Origin: an uncultured Gammaproteobacteria bacterium
GTDB taxonomy: Bacteria > Patescibacteriota > Microgenomatia > CAYXHB01 > CAZYTL01
Direction of reading: 5' to 3'
Assembly (NCBI GenBank): GCA_964650355.1
Contig: CAZYTL010000010.1
Coordinates: forward strand, 1 to 59,917
DNA: 59,917 nt
This document shows positions 33,358-41,928 of the stretch, one piece after another; positions within the stretch are counted from its first letter, which is position 1; each line of letters begins with the position of its first letter. The position numbers and the translations under genes are program-made. Below the pieces are notes generated by a model, which saw only the letters and a list, made by a program, of their open reading frames with translations, did not search any database and had not been told where the DNA came from.

Positions 33358-34014
33358 TTATAGTTGGGCTGTAATGATTATATTACAGTAGACGGGTTTG
33401 AAGGAAATTTGGGAAAAGACTGTTTGAAGGTGTTTAATGAATTGTTGGGTTTTAAGGGCGTTTTTTTTGTCGTTGAGGCGGTTGAAGGCGATGGTGCCTT
33501 GAGGTGTTACGAGGTGTTTGAGATTACGAAGAAACTTAGGTGATTCTAGGTGAGGCGGGACTAGATCACCGACGTAGCAGTCGACCAGGATGGAATCGAA
33601 GAACGTTTCGACGTTTCGGTGTTTCATTGTTTCGACGTAGTGGTGGGCATCTTGGGTGATGATTTGCAGATGGGGAATTTGGTCAACTTTGAAGTAATTT
33701 TGGGCAATAGTGACCATGACAGGATCGATTTCCACGGCAGTGATTTGACAATCAGGCCAGCGGTGATGGACTTCGTGAAGAATGACGCCGCCGCCCAGTC
33801 CGAGGAGGAGAAAGTTTTGGGGTTGGTGGAAGTTATTTAAAGCTTTTTTGAGAATGTCCTGGACGATGCCTCCGGATTGGGGCACTCCGGCAACTGTCAG
33901 CCGAGGACGGCCGAATTGGGTGCGGATTAAAATCTGACCATTAATTTCTGAGTCGAAGGTGGCAACTAAGAGGTCAGGATGAATGAGGCTGATTAGATGA
34001 GCGATTTTGAACAT
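33358..34014 (-). CDS. SAM-dependent methyltransferase with spermidine-synthase-like fold
   Basis: FLLLGLGGGVILHEV (motif I), ITAVEIDPVMVTIAQNYF and FDSILVDCY. TAATG overlap with the upstream femAB-like gene. Confidence 0.6.
   Translation of the reverse strand: MFKIAHLISLIHPDLLVATFDSEINGQILIRTQFGRPRLTVAGVPQSGGIVQDILKKALNNFHQPQNFLLLGLGGGVILHEVHHRWPDCQITAVEIDPVMVTIAQNYFKVDQIPHLQIITQDAHHYVETMKHRNVETFFDSILVDCYVGDLVPPHLESPKFLRNLKHLVTPQGTIAFNRLNDKKNALKTQQFIKHLQTVFSQISFKPVYCNIIITAQL
33605..33636. repeat. Four tandem octamers GTTTCGAC GTTTCGGT GTTTCATT GTTTCGAC inside a coding region
   Basis: Read directly from the sequence. It encodes VETMKHRNVET on the minus strand of the methyltransferase gene. 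Confidence 0.7.
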
Positions 34015-34961
34015 TAAAGGGGAAATATTTTTTCAAGTAATGATAGTAGTTTACCTGGTCCGTAGTATTTGATAAAAGATCCTACGTAAGTGACTTGTCG
34101 GCCGCCGAACTTAGCTTTGAAACGACTGAATCCTTTCCAAGCCCGGTTGTTCATTGCCGGGTAGCGAGGATCGGCAATGCCGTCAAAATCGAAAAGAGTG
34201 CACCCGTGTTTTTTGGCTAAAATAATGGCTGTCCAGGTGGCTAAGTCAGGGGCACGCAGTTGTTGGCCGAGTTTGGCGGAGGTGGCGTAGTAGTAATAGG
34301 CCCTTCGGCCGGAGATGGGCATGATGATGGCAGCCAGCCAGTCATGGTCGTGGTGGTAGCAGTTGATGATTTTTAAATTGGGGCCGAAATACTCGACCAA
34401 AGATTGGAATTGCCGATGATTAGGGATGACTAAATTCTTGACTTTGGCTGCGGCTTGCCAGTGAGGATAAAACCACTGCCAGTCCCCTACTTTGATTTTG
34501 ACTCCTGATTTTTTGGATTTGCGAAGGTTGCGACGGCAGTTTTCCGAACAGTCAGAAAGTAATTGAGTGGTGGTTTGGCTTAAATCAATGACTCTGGTTT
34601 GGGTTGGGAGTAACGGCCAAGAGTCGAGACGAAAGCCGTGAGACCTCAAGTCAGTTTCAAGTTTCCCCAAAGGGATCCCTTGGGGACAGTTTCCCCAAAG
34701 GGGCCCTTTCGGGTCGGTTTCAAGTTGAGACAAGAGGACGGCGGGTTCGAGTTTAACGAACAAAGCCCGGTGTTCGTGAGCAAGTTTATCTAGCTGGTTT
34801 AAATCAATGGGCCAGGAAAACCGCTGGATTTTAATCAGGCTGCCCAGGGGACCGAGGGGGCGTTTGTAAACTAAGATTTTTTCTTTTAAGGTTAATACCT
34901 GCCAACCAGTATGGCTCATGTAAGCGGCGTACTGAGGAGATTGACGGAGGTCGGACATCAT
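34014..34961 (-). CDS. FemAB-family peptidoglycan interpeptide-bridge aminoacyltransferase-like protein
   Basis: 315 aa. YYYYATSAKLGQQLRAPDLATWTAIILAKKHGCTLFDFDGI parallels the conserved C-terminal block of the adjacent FemAB gene. Confidence 0.6.
   Translation of the reverse strand: MMSDLRQSPQYAAYMSHTGWQVLTLKEKILVYKRPLGPLGSLIKIQRFSWPIDLNQLDKLAHEHRALFVKLEPAVLLSQLETDPKGPLWGNCPQGIPLGKLETDLRSHGFRLDSWPLLPTQTRVIDLSQTTTQLLSDCSENCRRNLRKSKKSGVKIKVGDWQWFYPHWQAAAKVKNLVIPNHRQFQSLVEYFGPNLKIINCYHHDHDWLAAIIMPISGRRAYYYYATSAKLGQQLRAPDLATWTAIILAKKHGCTLFDFDGIADPRYPAMNNRAWKGFSRFKAKFGGRQVTYVGSFIKYYGPGKLLSLLEKIFPL
34654..34724. repeat. GC-rich palindromic mini-element pair flanked by GTTTCAAG direct repeats, in frame inside the femAB-like gene
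   Basis: GTTTCAAG-tttCCCCAAAGGGATCCCTTGGGGaca-gtttCCCCAAAGGGGCCCTTTCGGGtcg-GTTTCAAG. The flank-to-flank period is 63 nt (21 codons: LETDPKGPLWGNCPQGIPLGK-LET). Confidence 0.7.
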
Positions 34962-35011
34962 GAAAACAATTAAACATTAAAATATAAGAGTTTTAGCTTG
35001 TTTTAATATTT

Positions 35012-36067
35012 TTAAGAAAAATTGGTTGAGGTAAAAGTAGATTTAAGGCGGAGAAACCATTTCCGTAGCCCGTAGAGTTTGTTGACCAGCGGATAAAGTT
35101 TGGTATCAACGGGTAGGTCGTAAGCTCCCAGGTATTTGACGGTTTGAGGGCCGTAGCCCAGTTTGAAACGATGAAAGCCGTACCAGGGGTCAGTGGGTTG
35201 GGGGTCCAGTCCGGCTGTGCCCCAGAGATCAAAGGTGTGGCACTGGTGTTGTTGACCAAATTTGATGGCCTGCCACATCATGAGGTTGTTGGCCATGACC
35301 TGTTTATGTTCTCGAGATGAGGCACCGTAAGGGTAGTAGAGTTTGTTTTTCCAGATGAAAAGGATCCAGGCGGCTAAAGTCTGGTTTTGGTATTGGGCAG
35401 TGAGGAGGTGAGCGATGCCGGCTGAATGCATGTGCGTCCAGACTTGGCGGTGGTAGCCGGCATCATGGGCGTAGAATTTTTGGCGGGAGGTGGTTTCAGC
35501 CATCAGTTCCAGATAAGTATTGAAGGCTTGGTCTGAATTGTCTTCGATAACTGTGACACCCTTTTTTTCGGCCAGGCGGACGTTGTAACGGGTTTTAGGC
35601 TTCATATTAGCCAGGAGTTGATCCTGGGATTGGGCGAGATTAATGATAAAGTTATAGGGAGTGAAAAGAGGTTTGCCCGGCAAGTATCCTAGTTGAGTGA
35701 GTTGCTGCTCAAGGTCCCGGAGTTGAGATTGAGGATCTTGATTTTCAGTCATCGGCACATAGACGTTTGGTTCAAGTTTAGCAAAGACGGCGGAGTGTTT
35801 TTGGCCTTCGGTGATGATGGCTTGGGTAATTTGCTGATCAGGCAAGGGGCCGCGGGGGAAATACAAGAGGTTGCGGCCGAATTTGGGAATGGAGTGGATG
35901 GTCATCATCCAGGCTCTGACCAGGTCTTGGTTGTCAAAAACCCCGAGACGAATTACCTGATGACCAGTGGCTTTGCGGGCTTCACCCCAAGCCCAGGTTT
36001 GGAGAGGATGGTCGATTTGGGCGTCGTAAGAAGATTGGTCTGTGGCAAGAAGTTCGCGGACGAGCAT
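35012..36067 (-). CDS. FemAB-family peptidoglycan bridge-formation aminoacyltransferase
   Basis: 351 aa. PLQTWAWGEARK, YYPYGASSREHKQVMANNLMMWQAIKFGQQHQCHTFDLWG and FHRFKLGYG. Confidence 0.8.
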   Translation of the reverse strand: MLVRELLATDQSSYDAQIDHPLQTWAWGEARKATGHQVIRLGVFDNQDLVRAWMMTIHSIPKFGRNLLYFPRGPLPDQQITQAIITEGQKHSAVFAKLEPNVYVPMTENQDPQSQLRDLEQQLTQLGYLPGKPLFTPYNFIINLAQSQDQLLANMKPKTRYNVRLAEKKGVTVIEDNSDQAFNTYLELMAETTSRQKFYAHDAGYHRQVWTHMHSAGIAHLLTAQYQNQTLAAWILFIWKNKLYYPYGASSREHKQVMANNLMMWQAIKFGQQHQCHTFDLWGTAGLDPQPTDPWYGFHRFKLGYGPQTVKYLGAYDLPVDTKLYPLVNKLYGLRKWFLRLKSTFTSTNFS

Positions 36068-36175
36068 GGTTGGTTATAGATTAATCAGCGTGATTGGCTT
36101 TGAGGGTTTAATTCGGGGATTGAGTCATTTAGCATTCTCATGACTTCATATAAAGGAAGCTATTACCTAATGAAG

Positions 36176-36880
36176 CTAGAGAAGATAGACTTCTACTGGT
36201 CTTTTTCCCCACCATTTGCCAATGGAGTCAAAACCCAAGTCTATTCTGCGCCCCTGAATGTTGCCTCCGGTATCGCCGGCGATGGCTTTGCCGTAACCGG
36301 TGATGTAAAGTTGGGAACCAAGAGGGATCACGTGTTTGTCCACAGCCACAACCCCGAACCCGGTGGGTAGACCAATAGCCGTGGTGGAGCTGCAACCAAG
36401 ACAGGTAGCGTCATAGGCAGTGGCAGTAAAGGTGCCGAGCTTGCACCAGTAATTGATGGTGCCACTGTCGGTTTGCATTGATTGGTAGATTTTTTTGGTG
36501 CCTTTGACAATGATTTCGGTTTGAGGATCTTCTACGTGGGTGGCAATGGTTTCGCGGGAGTACTCCTCGCCGTCGTAATAGGTGACCTGGATTTCTTTGG
36601 TTTTTCTGCCCGTGATGCCGGATTGGATGGTTTCAGGATCTGAACAGGCATCTTTTTGGTCATCGTACCGGGTTTCGGTAGTAAAGGAAATTTTGTTACC
36701 GACTTCAATGATCTCAGTGGTGAATTTGGATTCGGTAGCCAGAACGACAGGTGGTTGGAGACTGATTTCCGGGGGATTAGCTGCGGATAACTGATGGGGA
36801 GACGAGCTAAGAAATACCAACAAGGTGAAGACAATAAAACAAAGGGGAAGAAGGATTTTAAGTAGTTTAGTATAGAGCAT
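36176..36880 (-). CDS. Secreted G5-like / 3D-domain cell-wall protein
   Basis: Signal/TM helix at the N-terminus. The C-terminal VAVDKHVIPLGSQLYITGYGKAIAGDTGGNIQGRRIDLGF is a 3D (MltA/RlpA-like) domain signature. Confidence 0.7.
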   Translation of the reverse strand: MLYTKLLKILLPLCFIVFTLLVFLSSSPHQLSAANPPEISLQPPVVLATESKFTTEIIEVGNKISFTTETRYDDQKDACSDPETIQSGITGRKTKEIQVTYYDGEEYSRETIATHVEDPQTEIIVKGTKKIYQSMQTDSGTINYWCKLGTFTATAYDATCLGCSSTTAIGLPTGFGVVAVDKHVIPLGSQLYITGYGKAIAGDTGGNIQGRRIDLGFDSIGKWWGKRPVEVYLL

Positions 36881-36918
36881 AGGTTTAATGTTTGAGTTGA
36901 TGATAACTGAATGATAGT

Positions 36919-38526
36919 TTATGGATTACTAGGTTGTCGAGGGTCATGGGTGAGTTCAAATAAAAGCAGATGTTCCTGTGTGCCGTTGGGACGGACGGCC
37001 TTGGGAAACTGTTTAATGAGCTGAAGTCCCCAGGCTTCGGGATGGTCAATTCCCAGGCGGGTATCGTTAGCGAGGAGATAGACTTTGTTTTGCGGTAGGG
37101 ATTGGTAAAGTTGATCGCTGACAGACGTGAGGTGGTGGGTTTGGCCCAGGATGGTGACGCGCGGGTTGCGATCGAAATAGATTTGTAAGCCGTCAGGCAT
37201 GGTACCAAAGGAACCCTCGGTGCCGACAACGATGGTCTGGGCATGGGATTCTTGTTCCAGATATTGAGCCACAGCTCTTAATCCGGTGCCAGCAGTCCAT
37301 TCTTCAAGATAGCCTGAGCGTTCTATTCTGGGGAGGGGGGCTAATTCGGGATTAGTAAGTAGTTGCCAGGTAAAAAGTTGGCTGGGAATGACAGTGGCGA
37401 TAACGATGATGCCTTTCCATAATGGTGATTTGGTAAGGTTAAGGGCCCAGAAGATGCCTTGGCTGGCAAAAATGAGGATCGGAGGGATGAGGTAAAGAAA
37501 GTAGCGGGCGGTGAGGTTGCGGGCAAACTGAGCCTGAAAAAGTAAAGGAACGAAGATCCAAACAAGAAGAAAAAGGGATGCTCGGAGTTGATTTCTAGTC
37601 ATGAGGTAGATGCCGATGAGGGTAAATAAAAAGATGCTGGGAGTAAGAAGTTTCCAAAAGAACTCAAAGGTGTCGACCAGATGGGGAATAAGGTAACCGG
37701 ATGGGTTAGTGAGGATTTCGTTTAAGGGGTAAAGGTAATCTTGGTTGCGGGCGGCGATTTGGTGGAATTCAGGTCCGAGGCGGAGAAGGTTGTAAATGGT
37801 AAGGGCGAGGACGGCGGTAATCAGCCAATAGAAGGTAAGGCGGATGAGATACCATCTCTGGGGGGACAGGAAAGACGATTTTTTGCGTGATGATTTTTTG
37901 GTCTTCTTGAGAGGCAGAGGGGAATTCAGAATGGTAACAGGAAGCAGGCCGAGATAGAAGACGGCCGGACTTTTGGTGAGCCAAGCAGCACCAATGGCGC
38001 CACCGGTAAGAAAGCTGTAGTCAAGCTGGGGGTGTTTGATTAAGCGCAGAGCAAAGAAGAGGGCCCAGATGCCGAACATAGTGAGTAGGCTATCTACCAA
38101 AGCCATGCGGTCAAAGAAAAAAGTATAGGGAATGATGGCATAAAGAAAGGCGGCGATAAGGGCGTGTTTTTGGGATTTAGTCAACTGGTGGGTAAGAAAG
38201 AACATGCCGAGAAGGCTACCTAATCCGGCAAGAACAGACAGGAGTCGACCGGCGATTAAGGGGTCAGAGATAAGTTTGAGAAAGGGAATCATGAGCCACA
38301 TAAACAAGGGCTGCTTGCCGTCTGTGAGAGGCAGGAAACGCAAGGTGGGTTCGGCACGCATTACCTGAGCCCAGCGAATGTAGATGGCTTCATCGGCAAA
38401 GATGGGAAGTAAGGTAAGGTTGGGGAGTCTAATCAGAAGATAGAAGACGGAAAGAAGAGTGAGGCTAATGATGACCGGCTGGTGTTGCTTCCAAAGGAGT
38501 TTGAAGTCTGGGGGCGGCTCTTTCAT
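36919..38526 (-). CDS. GT-C fold membrane glycosyltransferase (ArnT/PMT-like)
   Basis: 535 aa and polytopic. The first loop has PIFADEAIYIRWAQ (DE motif). Soluble C-terminal domain. Confidence 0.65.
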   Translation of the reverse strand: MKEPPPDFKLLWKQHQPVIISLTLLSVFYLLIRLPNLTLLPIFADEAIYIRWAQVMRAEPTLRFLPLTDGKQPLFMWLMIPFLKLISDPLIAGRLLSVLAGLGSLLGMFFLTHQLTKSQKHALIAAFLYAIIPYTFFFDRMALVDSLLTMFGIWALFFALRLIKHPQLDYSFLTGGAIGAAWLTKSPAVFYLGLLPVTILNSPLPLKKTKKSSRKKSSFLSPQRWYLIRLTFYWLITAVLALTIYNLLRLGPEFHQIAARNQDYLYPLNEILTNPSGYLIPHLVDTFEFFWKLLTPSIFLFTLIGIYLMTRNQLRASLFLLVWIFVPLLFQAQFARNLTARYFLYLIPPILIFASQGIFWALNLTKSPLWKGIIVIATVIPSQLFTWQLLTNPELAPLPRIERSGYLEEWTAGTGLRAVAQYLEQESHAQTIVVGTEGSFGTMPDGLQIYFDRNPRVTILGQTHHLTSVSDQLYQSLPQNKVYLLANDTRLGIDHPEAWGLQLIKQFPKAVRPNGTQEHLLLFELTHDPRQPSNP

Positions 38527-38693
38527 TGAATTGAGTATAGCATTTTATGTTGGTGTTGGTTAGGTGAGAAGGAGAGGTTGATGATAGGTCTTGATCAAGG
38601 ATGGAGAGACGGATCAGTTAAAGATAGGGAGGTTGATTGACTTGGTTTATTTAGATCCCTGACAGTGTGGGTTTGTTATGGCTGGTTAAGTTT

Positions 38694-39458
38694 TTATGAG
38701 TACTTTCCTTGGCTTTCATTGATGCGGACACGGAGGATCTGGCGGAGCATGTCCCAGGATTCATGAGCAAATTTGTTAAGGGAGCGGTTTTTGGTGGTAG
38801 AGACATCTCTATCAGTCCATTTAACCGGCACTTCCTTGATTTGGTAGCCGAATTTTTCTGCCAGGAAGAGAAATTCCACGTCCCAGGCAGCTACTACCCA
38901 ACCCTGGGCGGCAGCGGTTTGTTTGAAGATGATCATGGAGTCAAAAAGATGTTGAGCGGCTTTGGTGTTGGCGAGTTTGAATCCGCATTGGGTATCGTCA
39001 ATGTTTCTGAGGAGAAGTTGTTTTCTGACGATTCTGAAGGTCGTGGAAGCTATTTTTCTTAAAAGAGAGTAATTTTCCCGATGGCCCCCTCTGGAGCCGA
39101 TAATGATCTGAAAACCCTGTTTGGTAAAAGGAAGTAGTTTGTCAAGTTCGGTAATGGGGGTAGACAAATCCATATCACAGAAATAAACCCATTCTCCTTG
39201 AGCTTGAGTCAGTCCGTGTTTTAGGGCCCAGGCTTTGCCGCCATGCGGGTTTTCCAAAAGTCGAAATTTGGGATGGGTGGCAATAAATTGTTTGACCAGT
39301 TCCCTACTCTGGTCGGTACTAGCATCATCAGAGATGATGACTTCTGTGTTAACCTGTTGTTTTTCTAAGTAGTGAGCAACTTCACCCAGGACTCCGCGCT
39401 CCAGGTTTTGTTGTTCGTTATAACAGGGAATGACGATGGTGAGGAATGGGTTACTCAT
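38694..39458 (-). CDS. Family-2 glycosyltransferase (polyprenol-phosphate sugar synthase-like)
   Basis: LTIVIPCYNEQQNL, IISDDASTDQS and CDMDLSTP. Confidence 0.85.
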   Translation of the reverse strand: MSNPFLTIVIPCYNEQQNLERGVLGEVAHYLEKQQVNTEVIISDDASTDQSRELVKQFIATHPKFRLLENPHGGKAWALKHGLTQAQGEWVYFCDMDLSTPITELDKLLPFTKQGFQIIIGSRGGHRENYSLLRKIASTTFRIVRKQLLLRNIDDTQCGFKLANTKAAQHLFDSMIIFKQTAAAQGWVVAAWDVEFLFLAEKFGYQIKEVPVKWTDRDVSTTKNRSLNKFAHESWDMLRQILRVRINESQGKYS

Positions 39459-39470
39459 ATAAAGAAATAT

Positions 39471-39866
39471 TTAAATAATTTTAAGTTGTTGAAGAAATTT
39501 TATCGTATGGGGATTGTGTTTGAAATTAGTAATTTCAGAGGCGGCTAAGGTGAGGATTGCTTCAATCTCTTCTGTGTCTCTGGGCTGGAGTTTACCTCGC
39601 TGATACTGAGCGACAAAGCGAAGATAGATTGTTTGAGTGGGAGGATCTGCTTGTTTGTCAGTAACAATGACAAAGTCGACAGTGGTGATGTTTTTAATTG
39701 AAATGTTGCATTCCTCCAAGATTTCTCTTTCTAAAGCCTGGTAAATATCTTCGTGGGGGTTGACTTCTCCTCCTGGCAAATAAAGCAACTGGTCATGGTT
39801 TTTACGAATGAAAACATATTTGTGGCCTTTAGTAATCAGGGCGGTGACAACCAGTCTCTTTTTCAT
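39471..39866 (-). CDS. NUDIX hydrolase
   Basis: Nudix box GGEVNPHEDIYQALEREILEECNI. Confidence 0.75.
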   Translation of the reverse strand: MKKRLVVTALITKGHKYVFIRKNHDQLLYLPGGEVNPHEDIYQALEREILEECNISIKNITTVDFVIVTDKQADPPTQTIYLRFVAQYQRGKLQPRDTEEIEAILTLAASEITNFKHNPHTIKFLQQLKII

Positions 39867-39876
39867 TGAGCGAATA

Positions 39877-41586
39877 TCAATAGTGGACTAATCGGTAGAG
39901 TTGGAATCCCCAGGGGAAAGTCCATTGCTGGTCGATTTTGGCCCAACCGAAGAGAGCGATCTCGGCTTTGGGATGGCTGATGGGGTTGCAATCCATGTCT
40001 CGACCTTCATATGGGGGTCGATTCTCGCAGATGACAAAGAGTTGATTAGTGATGGTTTGGGGAGCATTTTGAGGGTCGATTTCGACTAAAGGAGCATGCC
40101 AGAGTTCAAAGAAGTAGCGGTACCCTTCGTCATAGTTGTTTTTGGCAATCAGAGCCAGGTTGAACGGCTGACCTTGGGAAGCCTGAAGGATGGTGCGGTC
40201 AATTTCTTGGGTGTGTTGCAGGGTTTGCGGCGGCTGAGATTTAAGAGGAGATGACTGGAGGTTGAGATAGATGAGAGGAGAAATTAGTAAGCCGGCAATT
40301 AATAATTGACTTACTTGCCCATTAGCTGGTAATCGCGAAGTTGCCGAGCGGGTGATTTGCCAGATGACCCAGCCGGTAAGCAGAAAAGGAGCAGGAAAAA
40401 GGAATCCGAAATAGTGATCGTAAATGTGTTGTTTGTAAAGGGAAAGGCCAAGGAGGCCGAAGAGAAGCCAGGTGAGGAGAAGGAGGAGTGATAGGTTTCG
40501 ACGTTTCCTCCAAAGGGGCCCTTTCGGGGAAGTTTCGACCTTTCGAAGTTGGGATTTCTGAATTTGTTGAGAATTTAGGATTAGCGATTTGAGATTTTTG
40601 TGAATGAGATTAGTGACGAGTGTCAGTCCGGTTAAGGTGAGGATTATTTTGGTGATTAAAGTGTTATGAGTTGCAACGAGAGTACTATAGATTTGTTCCA
40701 GAATGGGGTAAAGTTTGGCAAATCCCCGGTAAAATTTAAGGTTAACTGTGGTTTGACGATGGGTAAAAAAGGCGGTGATGGCTTTAAGGTTGAGCCAGTC
40801 GTGACGAAGGTCAAATAATACTAGCGGGGACATGAGAAAGAGGAAAATCAAAAGGCTAAATGCAGAATGTTTAATAAATTGGCGCAAGGTGGTGACATTG
40901 TGATTTCTTTTTGAGGTTAAGCGGATTTTAAGTAAAGCAGCCAGCCAAAAGACGGCAATGGTAGGAATGAGTAACAGACCCAGGTAATGGGACTGGATAA
41001 CGAAAGCCAGAGAGATGCCAAGGAGGAGGAACCAAAGGAGAGCTGTTGGCTGTTGGCTTTTAGCTTTTAGAGAGTAATATTGGTATATTTGGTGTGTGGC
41101 CCAGATGGTGAGTAGGGCAAAAAAGGGCATGATGTTGGGATTCCAGGAAGAGCGGGAATAGATGATCACGGTCGGTGAAATGGCGTAGAGGGCGGCGGCG
41201 GTAAGCCCGGCAAGAGGGTGAAACCAGGTACGGCCCAGCCACCAGATAAGGATGATAGTGGCGAGGGAGAAGAGGGCGATCATAACGGCAGGCCCTACAG
41301 GTGACAATCCGGAGACGATCATGGCCGGGGCCATAAGATAGTAGTAAAGCGGGCCCAGGTACATATGGCCGGCTTCGGTGGTAACAGATGTCATGGGGCC
41401 GATGAAGACGGGATCAAGATCGACAATTAATCTTCTGACGACGCGGGCATCGCGACCTTCGTCGCCGAGAAAGGTGAGGTATTGGTCAATGTGATAGAGA
41501 CGAAGGAAAGCAGCGACGACGAGAATGACAATGAGGAAAAGTGATTCTGATTGATGGTTTTTGGCCCAGATAATGAGTTTGTTCAT
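39877..41586 (-). CDS. GT-C fold membrane glycosyltransferase (ArnT-like)
   Basis: 569 aa and polytopic. The first loop has LTFLGDEGRDARVV. Confidence 0.65.
   Translation of the reverse strand: MNKLIIWAKNHQSESLFLIVILVVAAFLRLYHIDQYLTFLGDEGRDARVVRRLIVDLDPVFIGPMTSVTTEAGHMYLGPLYYYLMAPAMIVSGLSPVGPAVMIALFSLATIILIWWLGRTWFHPLAGLTAAALYAISPTVIIYSRSSWNPNIMPFFALLTIWATHQIYQYYSLKAKSQQPTALLWFLLLGISLAFVIQSHYLGLLLIPTIAVFWLAALLKIRLTSKRNHNVTTLRQFIKHSAFSLLIFLFLMSPLVLFDLRHDWLNLKAITAFFTHRQTTVNLKFYRGFAKLYPILEQIYSTLVATHNTLITKIILTLTGLTLVTNLIHKNLKSLILNSQQIQKSQLRKVETSPKGPLWRKRRNLSLLLLLTWLLFGLLGLSLYKQHIYDHYFGFLFPAPFLLTGWVIWQITRSATSRLPANGQVSQLLIAGLLISPLIYLNLQSSPLKSQPPQTLQHTQEIDRTILQASQGQPFNLALIAKNNYDEGYRYFFELWHAPLVEIDPQNAPQTITNQLFVICENRPPYEGRDMDCNPISHPKAEIALFGWAKIDQQWTFPWGFQLYRLVHY
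40495..40539. repeat. GC-rich palindromic mini-element flanked by GTTTCGAC direct repeats inside a GT-C gene
   Basis: GTTTCGAC-gtttcctCCAAAGGGGCCCTTTCGGGGaa-GTTTCGAC. It encodes ..VETSPKGPLWRKRRN.. on the minus strand. Confidence 0.7.
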
Positions 41587-41630
41587 GCTGACACTAGAAA
41601 TTAACTAATTAAATTGTGACCAGGTAACAG

Positions 41631-41920
41631 CCACGTCATCCTCGCGGATGCGGGGATCCATGGTGAAGATTATTCAATAAGTTTGGGTATAGATCACTCC
41701 AATCAGGATTGTGTTTTTCAATTAGGTTTATTTTCCAATTAGTAAAGCTTTCTTCCAAATCATTTTTATGTTCCCAAACTCTTTTGATTAAGTTGTTAGT
41801 TACTCCAATGTATAATGTACCGAGTTTTTTACTCGTTAAGATGTAGATGAGGTATTGAAGATTTTTCATATTGTTTGGTTGAGTATTTTAATCATGGATT
41901 CCTGCCTGCGCAGGAATGAC
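41631..41920 (-). mobile_element. Putative miniature GIY-YIG module bounded by imperfect 28-bp inverted repeats
   Basis: Left end: GTCATCCTCGCGGATGCGGGGATCCATG (41631-41658). Right end, reverse complement of 41893-41920: GTCATTCCTGCGCAGGCAGGAATCCATG. There are 20 of 28 ungapped matches. The right end forms an 8-bp hairpin ATTCCTGC/GCAGGAAT (41898-41917). Confidence 0.4.
41636..41869 (-). pseudogene. Internally deleted GIY-YIG (YhbQ/UPF0213-like) nuclease gene
   Basis: YLIYILTSKKLGTLYIGVTNNLIKRVWEHKND is intact. The segment normally lying between EHK.. and ..WKINLIE (from memory of the family) is missing. The C-terminus runs into a flanking repeat. Confidence 0.55.
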
Positions 41921-41928
41921 AGAGAGGG

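Noticed and set aside
33605-40539. GTTTCGAC / GTTTCAAG repeats, whose ends look like CRISPR repeat termini, considered as a possible CRISPR array
   Set aside because: There are only 2-4 units of 8 nt per site. They lie inside protein-coding genes, with no regularly spaced unique spacers and no cas genes in the window. They are better explained as flanks of a palindromic mini-element.
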